This document shows positions 29,315 through 37,551 of a DNA stretch of 64,000 nt, one piece after another. Position 1 is the first letter of the stretch. Every line of letters starts with the position of its first letter. The notes under the pieces were generated by a model. That model was not told the DNA's origin, made no database searches, and was given only the letters and a program-made list of their open reading frames with translations. The translations under genes were made by a program, and so were the position numbers. The stretch is from Gemmatimonadota bacterium (lineage in GTDB: Bacteria; Latescibacterota; UBA2968; UBA8231): positions 43,096 through 107,095 of the forward strand of contig JAYOYH010000007.1 in assembly GCA_038153405.1 (NCBI GenBank), given 5' to 3'.

Positions 29315-29414
29315 GGCCAATCAAGTAGACATTTTTTTACGCTCAATACCTAGGCTCTAATCGCGCAGCGTGCGCGGGGATGACCTAAGGTGTTTTTCTT
29401 CAAGGAGAAGAAGT

Positions 29415-30347
29415 ATGAGGAAGCTGAGCATAGCTGCAGCTGCAGTGGTCGGTTTGGCCGGTGCCGCTTTCGCCCAGGGCGAAAGGGTATTCGACCTGCC
29501 GAAGCTTACCCAGGCACCCGTTCTCGACGGTGTCATTGACGGCGATGAGTGGAACGGTTCGCTCGAACTCGACTGTTCCCCCTCGCGCGTTCAGGCCGAC
29601 GGTGCCGAGTATGGCTGGCGCGACATCGAAGCCCAGCAGAGCGAAGTTAGCGTCAATCAGTTGGTGCAGTCGGATGGCGAAGATGCCGCGATTGCCCGCA
29701 CCGATGCCGACTTCAGCTCGCGCATTTGGCAGGCTTGGGATGACGACGGCCTGTGGGTCGTAACCGCCGCTGCCGACAACGTCCATGACGTTGAGGGTGG
29801 TGACCGCGGTTGGGCCTGGTGGGAGCGCGATAGCCTCTCCCTCTACGTCGATCTGCTCAACGAAAAAGAAGAGTCTGTGCTCAACGGTGAATACACCGCG
29901 CTGAATATCATCAACTTCCAGGCTCGTCCGCTTGAGTCCAGCCCCTACACCGTTTCGTGGGCCCGCACGGTTGAAAATGCGCGTTCTGACGAAGACGGTA
30001 ACGATCCCGACCTCGTCGCTGGTTTCGACAACGGCTATCGCGACGCAGGCGACGAGTTTGGTGGCGAAGCAGACTACGTCCTTGAGATGTTTATTCCCTG
30101 GGAGAACCTGCTCCGTTTTAACCTGCCCGCCACGCCGGTCGTCGGCACCGAGATGGGTTTCTCTTGGCTGCCGCCAGATCCGGATGGCGATGACGCCTAC
30201 GGCGGTCAGTTGCAGTGCTGGGGATGGGCTGATGACCCCTCCAACTACTCCACTTGGATCTTCTCCGACATGCCGGCTGGTCCCGCTGGTGGCAGCACGG
30301 CCGTCGAGAGCGATTCATGGGGTCGCATCAAGACGACGTTCCAGTAA
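29415..30347 (+). CDS. Secreted CBM9-like (carbohydrate-binding family 9 / DOMON-like) protein
   Basis: AAGGAG Shine-Dalgarno 8 nt before ATG 29415. The signal peptide ends AFA-QGE. The mature N-terminus LTQAPVLDGVIDGDEWNGS matches the CBM9 opening motif (P.IDG..DE.W), and later W/D-rich beta strands follow. Confidence 0.65.
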   Translation: MRKLSIAAAAVVGLAGAAFAQGERVFDLPKLTQAPVLDGVIDGDEWNGSLELDCSPSRVQADGAEYGWRDIEAQQSEVSVNQLVQSDGEDAAIARTDADFSSRIWQAWDDDGLWVVTAAADNVHDVEGGDRGWAWWERDSLSLYVDLLNEKEESVLNGEYTALNIINFQARPLESSPYTVSWARTVENARSDEDGNDPDLVAGFDNGYRDAGDEFGGEADYVLEMFIPWENLLRFNLPATPVVGTEMGFSWLPPDPDGDDAYGGQLQCWGWADDPSNYSTWIFSDMPAGPAGGSTAVESDSWGRIKTTFQ

Positions 30348-30512
30348 GACTGGGCTTTATAGCCTGATGTAAAGGTCGTATTGTTGAGTTTCATGCCGGG
30401 GAAGTTACTTCCTCGGCATGAAACCTATAGAGGCCTATGCCTTTTTTCACTACAATACAAATTTGGATACGTGCCCGTGCGGGTGCGTGTCGAGGATGAC
30501 GGGGAGCCGACG

Positions 30513-33500
30513 GTGAAAACGCCCTTCAAGGTGAATTTAAGCCAAATAGCACGGTTCTTGGCGTTGGTTGGCTTATGGACGCTTGCCTCCCAGGCCGATG
30601 CGCAGCGCCATCCGGAATCGCAGGGCCCCTTGCCCTACTATCGCGATGAACCGGGGGTGTTGCCGGAGCCTGAATGGCTGCATCGCCCCGAGTTCATCCG
30701 TGGGCCGCGGGATCGCTATGAGCGCGGTGCCAATCGACTGTTTTTGGCCACAGGGGACGACGTTCCCTACCTCAACTACGCCGAAGAGCGCTTTATCCTC
30801 TCGCAGCGAGAGTTAATTCCTTGGTTCCAGCCCAAAGGCCGTTCTTGGAAATTTCGCAACACGCGCTGGGATCGCATGGGCAATTATATGGGATCCCCCT
30901 CCAGTACATCCTCGCCGGCCAGCGGTTATTTGCGGCTGTTTTCTTGGGAGGAAACGCGCAGCGACGACGACGGTTTAGGGCGCAGTTTTATCGACCATCG
31001 CTCGCCTTCGCCGTGGGGGCCGCCTGCCGGATATAACGACGCCACTTTGCGCATAGGTCATTACAACTATAAAGATCTTCACTGGACGGCTACCGTCGGT
31101 CAGAGTGTGCGCAGTTATTTCACGCCGTTGACGCTAGCGCAAAGCCATCTTTCCGTGGCGCGCTTGGACTTCGATAATAAATTCGGCAAAGACCGCGCCA
31201 CGATTCTGCTCAACAGGGGGCGGACGCGGCCCGGTGGCCTCTTTTCCGAATGGGCTTCCGTTGGCGGTGAAACCGAAGATGCCAACCCAGTCCTTATGTA
31301 CGGTCTCCACTACAAGCATCGCTTCGGCCGCTACGCCCAATTTGGCACGACGCTCCTCAACCAGGTTTTGAACCAACCCGGATCCGGCAGCAGCAGTCCT
31401 TTGAAGGGCGATCTGCCCTACGATATGCTCGGTCCGCGCGTGATTCGCGTGTTCATCGCCGATGATTCACCCAGAGAGAGCCTGCACAATGCCAAGGTCT
31501 ACGGCGTCGACATCGTCGTTCGCGGCACGCGCGGAGACCAGCCCGTGACCCTTAGCAACCGCCAGGGGGAATTCTACGACCCGGGTTTAGAGCCGGTAGT
31601 GGCAGGTGGGCGGTTGCTGAGCGGAGATGGGCGGGAGGCGGTCGGTCTTGAAACGGTCGTGTATGAATTTACTATTCCGGGTGATATTACGGCGACCTCG
31701 GCCCGCTTCTTCGCCGATGTCTCCAACGACTATCGAATTGGCATTCGGCAAATCTACGATTTTCCCGGCATTAGCCGCTCGGGCGAGCTCGATTTGGAAG
31801 AGCGGGTTTGGCCCGACGACTTCGTCACCACCGAATCCGTCACGCGCCGCCCCTTTAAGTGGGATATCCAGGAGGGCGAGGAACCCTATTATACGGTGGC
31901 CCGTTCGGAGGGCGTGGGGCAAAATGGTTCAAACCGTCGCGTCGTGCAGTTCGATCACGGCATTCCCACGGGCCAGAACCTATTTTCGTTCGACGCACAG
32001 GCCAATCTCATCGGTCTGAAGTTCAGCGGCGAAATCGTCCGCAACAATCAGAATTACATCTATCCCGTAGGCCGCAATGACGGGCGGCGGACCAGCCACA
32101 AGGCGTTGGCCTATTGGCTCAACGTCAAAAAGGATATTGGGATTGCCAAGCGCTTGGGCGCGCAGCTGGGCGCCGAGTTTTTTCGCTTGGATCCCAGCTA
32201 TAGCGGCGGCTATGACAGCCAGCGCGGCGGCATGGCCTTCCACTTAGATCTGCAGGAATCACCGGGTGGGCGCGTGAAGTCGGATACGCAGGAGTACGGA
32301 CTGGTCGAAGACAACGACGACGACGATCAGTGGCCCGATGATTTTGTCGAAGATACAGCCTCGCCGGGACGCCTTTCTTACCCCGGTTGGCCCAACGCAT
32401 CCGTATATCCGGGCTTGGACGAAAATCTCGACAATATTCCCGACGTCGACCGCAACGAAAACTTTGTGCCCGATTGGAACGAGGCATTTCTCACCTACGA
32501 TGTCGATCCGCCAGAGTTTGTCTACGGAATAGACTTTAACAACAACGGCATGCCGGATTTTCGCGAGAACGACGACTTGCCCGACTATCCTTATCGCCGG
32601 GATCAAAAGGGACGCCACTTCTTCCTATTGCTTGACCGCTTGGGCGGCTGGGGCAAATCCATTTCCGCTGGCTACTATAAGTCGAACGAGATTGCTGGCG
32701 GGACTGAGGCCAAAAGCATGTACCTGCGCTATGCTCTCGAAAAGCAGCGAGATGGGGTGGGGAGTTTACAAATCAACATCGATACCAAGATCGTAGAGGA
32801 CAATATTCAAGACGATAGCTACGTGTATATCGTCCCGCCCAACGACGACGATGTCATTCCCTGGCTCAACAAGCCGGACCATCATCCCGACGTTGCCGGT
32901 CGCTACCGTCCTGCAACGCCCGATCCGCTGCTGATGCGCGACAGCTGGGTCAATACCGCTTATATCGACGCCGATTACCTGAAGATTGCGAATATGCGCA
33001 TTCACAATGCGCTGCTGTGGACGCGCAACAGCATGTCCGAGATTCCCCTTGAAGGAGGCGGAGATGGCGAGTTGTTGCAGGCCGAAGACGTCCGCTCGCG
33101 CCTCATCGTGATCAACAAAGTCGATCGAACCTGGTTGCTTAAGTCCATCGCGATTTCGACCAAGTTCAAACACCGCTTAATCTACGAAAATGTCGACAGC
33201 GAAGAAGATCCGCGCATATCAGCTTCCGATTTTATTCCCATCGTGATGGGGGAGTATGCGCTGACGCCCAAGACCCGATTGGTGCTGGGCGCACAGGGCA
33301 TGCCTTTTTTGCCCATGAAGCACTGGGATAGAGCCAATAAAGACGGCACTTATTCTCAGACCGACTACGCCTTCATGTACAAGATGCGCTCGGAGTATTT
33401 CGGTTTTGAAAACGACTTCTTCTTCGGCTATTTGCTTACGGATAGGCAGCACACTCGATTGCGCGACCGCGACTTCAATCGCGGCACGTTTTTCGTCGAA

Positions 33501-33518
33501 GTCATAACGCCATTCTAA
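30513..33518 (+). CDS. Large (~1000 aa) predicted outer-membrane beta-barrel protein with an acidic Ca-binding-like insert (paralog A)
   Basis: The GTG start at 30513 is preceded by GGGGAG and gives the signal peptide MKTPFKVNLSQIARFLALVGLWTLASQADA. The C-terminus ...FFVEVITPF carries the terminal Phe typical of OM beta-barrels. It is a strong paralog of 37552..40482. It lacks TonB-box/plug motifs, so it is not a classical TBDT. Confidence 0.7.
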   Translation: MKTPFKVNLSQIARFLALVGLWTLASQADAQRHPESQGPLPYYRDEPGVLPEPEWLHRPEFIRGPRDRYERGANRLFLATGDDVPYLNYAEERFILSQRELIPWFQPKGRSWKFRNTRWDRMGNYMGSPSSTSSPASGYLRLFSWEETRSDDDGLGRSFIDHRSPSPWGPPAGYNDATLRIGHYNYKDLHWTATVGQSVRSYFTPLTLAQSHLSVARLDFDNKFGKDRATILLNRGRTRPGGLFSEWASVGGETEDANPVLMYGLHYKHRFGRYAQFGTTLLNQVLNQPGSGSSSPLKGDLPYDMLGPRVIRVFIADDSPRESLHNAKVYGVDIVVRGTRGDQPVTLSNRQGEFYDPGLEPVVAGGRLLSGDGREAVGLETVVYEFTIPGDITATSARFFADVSNDYRIGIRQIYDFPGISRSGELDLEERVWPDDFVTTESVTRRPFKWDIQEGEEPYYTVARSEGVGQNGSNRRVVQFDHGIPTGQNLFSFDAQANLIGLKFSGEIVRNNQNYIYPVGRNDGRRTSHKALAYWLNVKKDIGIAKRLGAQLGAEFFRLDPSYSGGYDSQRGGMAFHLDLQESPGGRVKSDTQEYGLVEDNDDDDQWPDDFVEDTASPGRLSYPGWPNASVYPGLDENLDNIPDVDRNENFVPDWNEAFLTYDVDPPEFVYGIDFNNNGMPDFRENDDLPDYPYRRDQKGRHFFLLLDRLGGWGKSISAGYYKSNEIAGGTEAKSMYLRYALEKQRDGVGSLQINIDTKIVEDNIQDDSYVYIVPPNDDDVIPWLNKPDHHPDVAGRYRPATPDPLLMRDSWVNTAYIDADYLKIANMRIHNALLWTRNSMSEIPLEGGGDGELLQAEDVRSRLIVINKVDRTWLLKSIAISTKFKHRLIYENVDSEEDPRISASDFIPIVMGEYALTPKTRLVLGAQGMPFLPMKHWDRANKDGTYSQTDYAFMYKMRSEYFGFENDFFFGYLLTDRQHTRLRDRDFNRGTFFVEVITPF

Positions 33519-33523
33519 TCACG

Positions 33524-34285
33524 GTGAATGCGATGCCTCTGTTGAACTATACCGGCATACTCGCGGCTCTGTTGATCGCGGGATGCGCGCTTCCTCCGCA
33601 CTCTGTCCTTAAGTATCAGGTGCAGGCTTTACCCATTATCCCCGCGGGTGAATCGGTCTTTTACGAAGATCCGGTAGACAGCACCATTGTTTGGAGCAAA
33701 GAGGGCCTACAAATCAAAGTCCGGTTTTACAACGACGACATGCTCGATGCCCGTTTTGATCCGAGAGTGAGCCCCTATACGCTGACCGGATGGAGCGATC
33801 CAATCTTGGGGTACACGCCGCCGCTGTGGACGACGTTTGAAATCACGGTGATCAACCGCACGCGCGAACGCGTAGAACTCGACCCGACACAGGCCATACT
33901 GCGACTGGACAATGGCAACCATCTCTATTGTCGTCAAGGCGTTGGGGTTTGGAAGACGCTGCCGCACTACTACGACTACAGCTATCTGAAGTGGAGTGGC
34001 CGCCAGGGCAACGTCGAGTTTTATGCCAATACGGACCGTAACGCCATTTGGAACCGCACGGAATTTCAGCGCGAAAAGCCCGTGCGCAAAGGGCGCAAAT
34101 ACACGGGTATGCTAACCTTTCCTCGGCTGCCCAATGACGTCGAGTCGTTCACCCTTGAAATCAACGATTTCATCTTGGCCTATGACAGTGCCGAAGCCGG
34201 TTTTGGCAATCCGATAGAGTTTACTGATATACACTTTGACTTTACAGTGAAGCAGGGAGTGGTCACCGTGGAGAGGAGTCGCTAA
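33524..34285 (+). CDS. Lipoprotein, uncharacterised family (paralog of 45422..46216)
   Basis: Lipobox LIAGCA. It shares ..F.ITV.N.T....E.DP....L....G..L.Y.. and a C-terminal ..DF.L.(F/Y)D(S/A)...P....F....F.V.QGVV motif with 45422..46216. Confidence 0.65.
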   Translation: MNAMPLLNYTGILAALLIAGCALPPHSVLKYQVQALPIIPAGESVFYEDPVDSTIVWSKEGLQIKVRFYNDDMLDARFDPRVSPYTLTGWSDPILGYTPPLWTTFEITVINRTRERVELDPTQAILRLDNGNHLYCRQGVGVWKTLPHYYDYSYLKWSGRQGNVEFYANTDRNAIWNRTEFQREKPVRKGRKYTGMLTFPRLPNDVESFTLEINDFILAYDSAEAGFGNPIEFTDIHFDFTVKQGVVTVERSR

Positions 34286-34954
34286 ATGAGAGCGCCTGCT
34301 CTATACATGCGCGCGTTTGCCGTGTTTGCTGCGTTGGCTGCCGTTGTTGGCTGTGGAAATCTGAAATACCAGGCGCTCAAGGGGACCAGCGTGGAGAATC
34401 CACCGCAGGCTCCGGTGAAGGTCTACGTAAAGGAGTTCCCCGTTACGAGCAAGGCCAATGTAATCGATCCCAATGCCGCGCTGGGGGACGGCGGTTACGG
34501 TGGAGGCGGGCGATCGATCAATGCGCTGGCGGAAGTGGGCAATGCCATCATGGTCATATCGAGGCCCTCGCGCATCGAAGACCTAACCCGTTCCCTACTG
34601 CGCGAACTGCGTCCGCGGCAGCTGCGCATCTTTTCCGAGTACGATCGGGTAACAGACTTGAAGGGCGTTCGCAATATTGACAACCCATTTGTCCTCGTGC
34701 CGCCGGAAGACGAGTCGGCGCAGCTCGAAATTAGTGGCACTGTCTACTTGTTGAGCGAACGCGTCGAGCAGCGTTTTTCGCAAAACAGCAGCAGCGCGCG
34801 CGTGGAGCTTGTAGTGCGTGATGTTGCCAGCGGGGAAGAGGTTCGCTTGCCGCCGACGGCGGCCGGTATAAGCATGACCTATAACTCGAAAGAATTGGAA
34901 GAGGCGATCGCCATTTTCATCTCCACGCTGCTAACCCAAAAGACGCTCTTTTGA
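34286..34954 (+). CDS. Lipoprotein, hypothetical
   Basis: Signal with lipobox VVGCG, and a Gly-rich linker DGGYGGGGRS. It is translationally coupled, with the ATG 1 nt after the upstream stop. Confidence 0.55.
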   Translation: MRAPALYMRAFAVFAALAAVVGCGNLKYQALKGTSVENPPQAPVKVYVKEFPVTSKANVIDPNAALGDGGYGGGGRSINALAEVGNAIMVISRPSRIEDLTRSLLRELRPRQLRIFSEYDRVTDLKGVRNIDNPFVLVPPEDESAQLEISGTVYLLSERVEQRFSQNSSSARVELVVRDVASGEEVRLPPTAAGISMTYNSKELEEAIAIFISTLLTQKTLF

Positions 34955-34955
34955 G

Positions 34956-36602
34956 GTGGTGAGGAAGATTGCCTTGGTATCAATGGTAACCATGCTGACG
35001 GCCTTTCCCAGCGCAGTGGATGCTGCAAGCCAAACGGTGACTTGGCGTTGGGATGGCGAGGATGCGAGTGTCTTGCAGTTGCTGCAGACAAGCGTTGACG
35101 TCGGCCGCGGAGTTGTGTTGGACGTGCTCTCGCCAGACAAAAATATAGCTTTGGGAGCGATCGCGCGGAACGATTTTGGTCTGCGTGAACCGCTGACGGA
35201 CGGGGAGGTCTCTCTGGTTGCCAGCGAGTGGATATCCAATACGCCGAACGTATTCGGTCGATATTTCACCGTTGACCTTGGTGTAAACCGTGCGATAACG
35301 CGGGTGCGGGTGCGGCCCGGTCAAACCGCGATTAACCAACCGGAATACTACATCCGCGGATACAGAGTGGAAGCGGCCTTGGAAAATGATCCGGATATTT
35401 GGCGTCTGCTGGCCGAAGAGCGCACGAACTTCAATTTGCTAATTGACACCGGTGCGGACTCTACGTGGGCCGTTGTGGCCGATGGTCAACTCGCTTCTCG
35501 TTTGGGCCGCTACGTGCGCTTTACCATTACCCGGCAGGACCGCAGCAATTGGGTGGCAATTGGCGATATCGAGGTGTTCGGCGAGGGCGTTGAGGCTGAG
35601 GGTACGGCTCAATACACCTGGTTGCCGCAAGCACCGGTGAATGTGGGGCGCATACGGTGGCAGACCGAAGACCGTGCAGAGGGATTTAGTCTGTCTGCCA
35701 AGGGCGGTGATGAAACGTGGTCTACCGTCAACCCGCTGGAGTCCGATCGGTCTTTTGCAGGAGCTGAACCGATCGACTCGCTGCAATTTATGGCCTCGCT
35801 GTCGACTCACGATCCGTTTGCCACGCCCGTTTGGCGCGGGGTAGAGGTCGAATACGACACGCGCTTAGTCGCCGACGGGGCGTTGGGGGCGGTTGAGCCC
35901 AACGCGGTTGCCCGCGGGGAGTGGGCCGAGATTAACTACAGCATTGAACTGGCACTGCGAGCGGATAATTACGGTGTGGATAGGGTGCTATTGGACGGAA
36001 CGGCGCTGGTCGTTGATGGGCTGCGCGTGGATGGCGTCTTGCTGAGCAATAATGAGTATAGCTACAGCGCCAACGACGAATTGGGTCAGACTGAGATACA
36101 GATAAACCGCGCGGTCTTGCAGACGGCTCTGCTCCAAATAGAAGGCCGGGGCCTTTTCCTCAACGAGGTAACGGAGATAGGATTTCGCGTTGGCAATGCG
36201 CAGCAGGAAGAAGCCGACGGCTATATTAACTGGCAAAACGGCCGAGAGAGCCCGGTGGCTAGTTGGCGCGTGCGCGCTCAGGGAACACCCGGCGAATTGC
36301 TCGGCGAGATCGAGCTTTCCGAGCGGCCATTCTCGCCCTACGAAAGCAAAGAGCTGACGTTCAAGTTTATCGTCTCCAATTTGAACAACCCAACGGATAT
36401 CGTCCTTTCGCTCTATCGTTTGAACGGCGTGCGGGTCCGGCAAATGCAGCAAAACGGCGGTGCGCGGCCCTATGAATTCCGCTGGGATGGAAGGGATGAA
36501 GGGGACCGATTGGTGGACCCCGGTCTCTACTTGTACGAGGTAAGAGTAGCCGGTGGCGGCGAGAGGAGCGGGCGGCGAGGAACATGCGTTGTCGCCTATT
36601 AG
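34956..36602 (+). CDS. Secreted protein with a discoidin (F5/8 type C)-like domain and a C-terminal FlgD-Ig-like domain
   Basis: The central YVRFTITRQDRSNWVAIGDIEVFGEG is a discoidin-domain signature. The C-terminus YEFRWDGRDEGDRLVDPGLYLYEVRV matches the FlgD Ig-like/T9SS-type C-terminal domain pattern. Start could be GTG 34956 or ATG 34983. Confidence 0.6.
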   Translation: MVRKIALVSMVTMLTAFPSAVDAASQTVTWRWDGEDASVLQLLQTSVDVGRGVVLDVLSPDKNIALGAIARNDFGLREPLTDGEVSLVASEWISNTPNVFGRYFTVDLGVNRAITRVRVRPGQTAINQPEYYIRGYRVEAALENDPDIWRLLAEERTNFNLLIDTGADSTWAVVADGQLASRLGRYVRFTITRQDRSNWVAIGDIEVFGEGVEAEGTAQYTWLPQAPVNVGRIRWQTEDRAEGFSLSAKGGDETWSTVNPLESDRSFAGAEPIDSLQFMASLSTHDPFATPVWRGVEVEYDTRLVADGALGAVEPNAVARGEWAEINYSIELALRADNYGVDRVLLDGTALVVDGLRVDGVLLSNNEYSYSANDELGQTEIQINRAVLQTALLQIEGRGLFLNEVTEIGFRVGNAQQEEADGYINWQNGRESPVASWRVRAQGTPGELLGEIELSERPFSPYESKELTFKFIVSNLNNPTDIVLSLYRLNGVRVRQMQQNGGARPYEFRWDGRDEGDRLVDPGLYLYEVRVAGGGERSGRRGTCVVAY

Positions 36603-37452
36603 AAGCTGGTTGTTGTTCATTAATTGTTTGGGACTCAGTGTCGTAGGGCCAGTCGGCGCCGCGTTTGAAACGGGGGCAGGGGCGTATTCCACTGCGCTGG
36701 GCAACGCTTTTTCGGCCGGGGTAGAATCGGCCGAAGGAGTATGGTTTAATCCTGCGACCTCTGCTAGGCTGCGTTTGCCGCGCGTCGCCATAACGCAGGG
36801 TGCGCTCTACTCAGGGCTGAGCGATCGCCCAAGCATCAGCGCTGCAGCCGGTGTTTGGCCCCGGCGCTGGGGCACGCTGCAGGCGGGTTTTTCCGGCCTG
36901 TGGGCAGATGATTGGGCTGAAAGCCAGTGGCTATTGGGCTACGGTCGCGTGCTGCACCCTCGGTTGTCGGTTGGAGCGCAGCTGCGGACGGCCAGTTGGA
37001 GTTCGGGGCGCTATGGGCAGCGCCGCTGGCTGGCCACCGTCGGTGCCCTATACGAAGCGGGGTGGGTCAGTTCGCGTTCCTACGTTCGCTTTTCGGCTGT
37101 CGTGGCCAATATAGGCCGGCCCGATTCCAAGTCGGCCAGGGCGTCGGGTATGCCCGCGCGTTCGCATACGTTGGGCATGCAGGTTCGAAATGCAACGCGT
37201 GCCCTCTTGCTCGACTTGGTCGAACAGGGCGGCGATTGGCAGGCGCGCTGCGGGTATGAATCGGTGCTGCGCGCCGAATTAAAGCTGCGGCTTGGAGCGA
37301 CGGTATTGCGGGGTGATACCGTAAATAAGACCGGGCATATAGGACTGGGGTACGAGTGGAAAAACGTGCATTTTGACTATGCGTTTTCGCGTTCGTACGA
37401 CCTAAACGACTTCGGGGCCGACCACCGTTTTGGCATTGGCTATGCTTGGTGA
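36553..37452 (+). CDS. Small predicted outer-membrane beta-barrel protein with a FadL/PorV-like Gly-rich N-terminal motif
   Basis: GAGAYSTALGNAFSAGVESAEGVWFNPA resembles the FadL/PorV N-terminal motif (G.G.a....GAia.DA....NPA). The C-terminal ...RFGIGYAW carries a terminal aromatic. The likely true start is TTG 36610, giving the signal peptide LLFINCLGLSVVGPVGAA. Confidence 0.5.
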   Translation: MAARGAGGEEHALSPIRSWLLFINCLGLSVVGPVGAAFETGAGAYSTALGNAFSAGVESAEGVWFNPATSARLRLPRVAITQGALYSGLSDRPSISAAAGVWPRRWGTLQAGFSGLWADDWAESQWLLGYGRVLHPRLSVGAQLRTASWSSGRYGQRRWLATVGALYEAGWVSSRSYVRFSAVVANIGRPDSKSARASGMPARSHTLGMQVRNATRALLLDLVEQGGDWQARCGYESVLRAELKLRLGATVLRGDTVNKTGHIGLGYEWKNVHFDYAFSRSYDLNDFGADHRFGIGYAW

Positions 37453-37551
37453 GGTTTCGGACGCAACGAAAAGGCAAAAGGATTCGCTGAGCGGAGGCGA
37501 ATGTCCATGAAAATAGAGCGGTTTTTATACTTCTCGGGTGAGGGAGCAATT

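Noticed and set aside
30513-33518. Possibility that the giant barrels are TonB-dependent transporters or SusC homologs
   Set aside because: I could not find a TonB box, plug-domain motifs or the characteristic TBDT N-terminal region. The conserved acidic insert is not a TBDT feature. This remains to be tested by HMM search.
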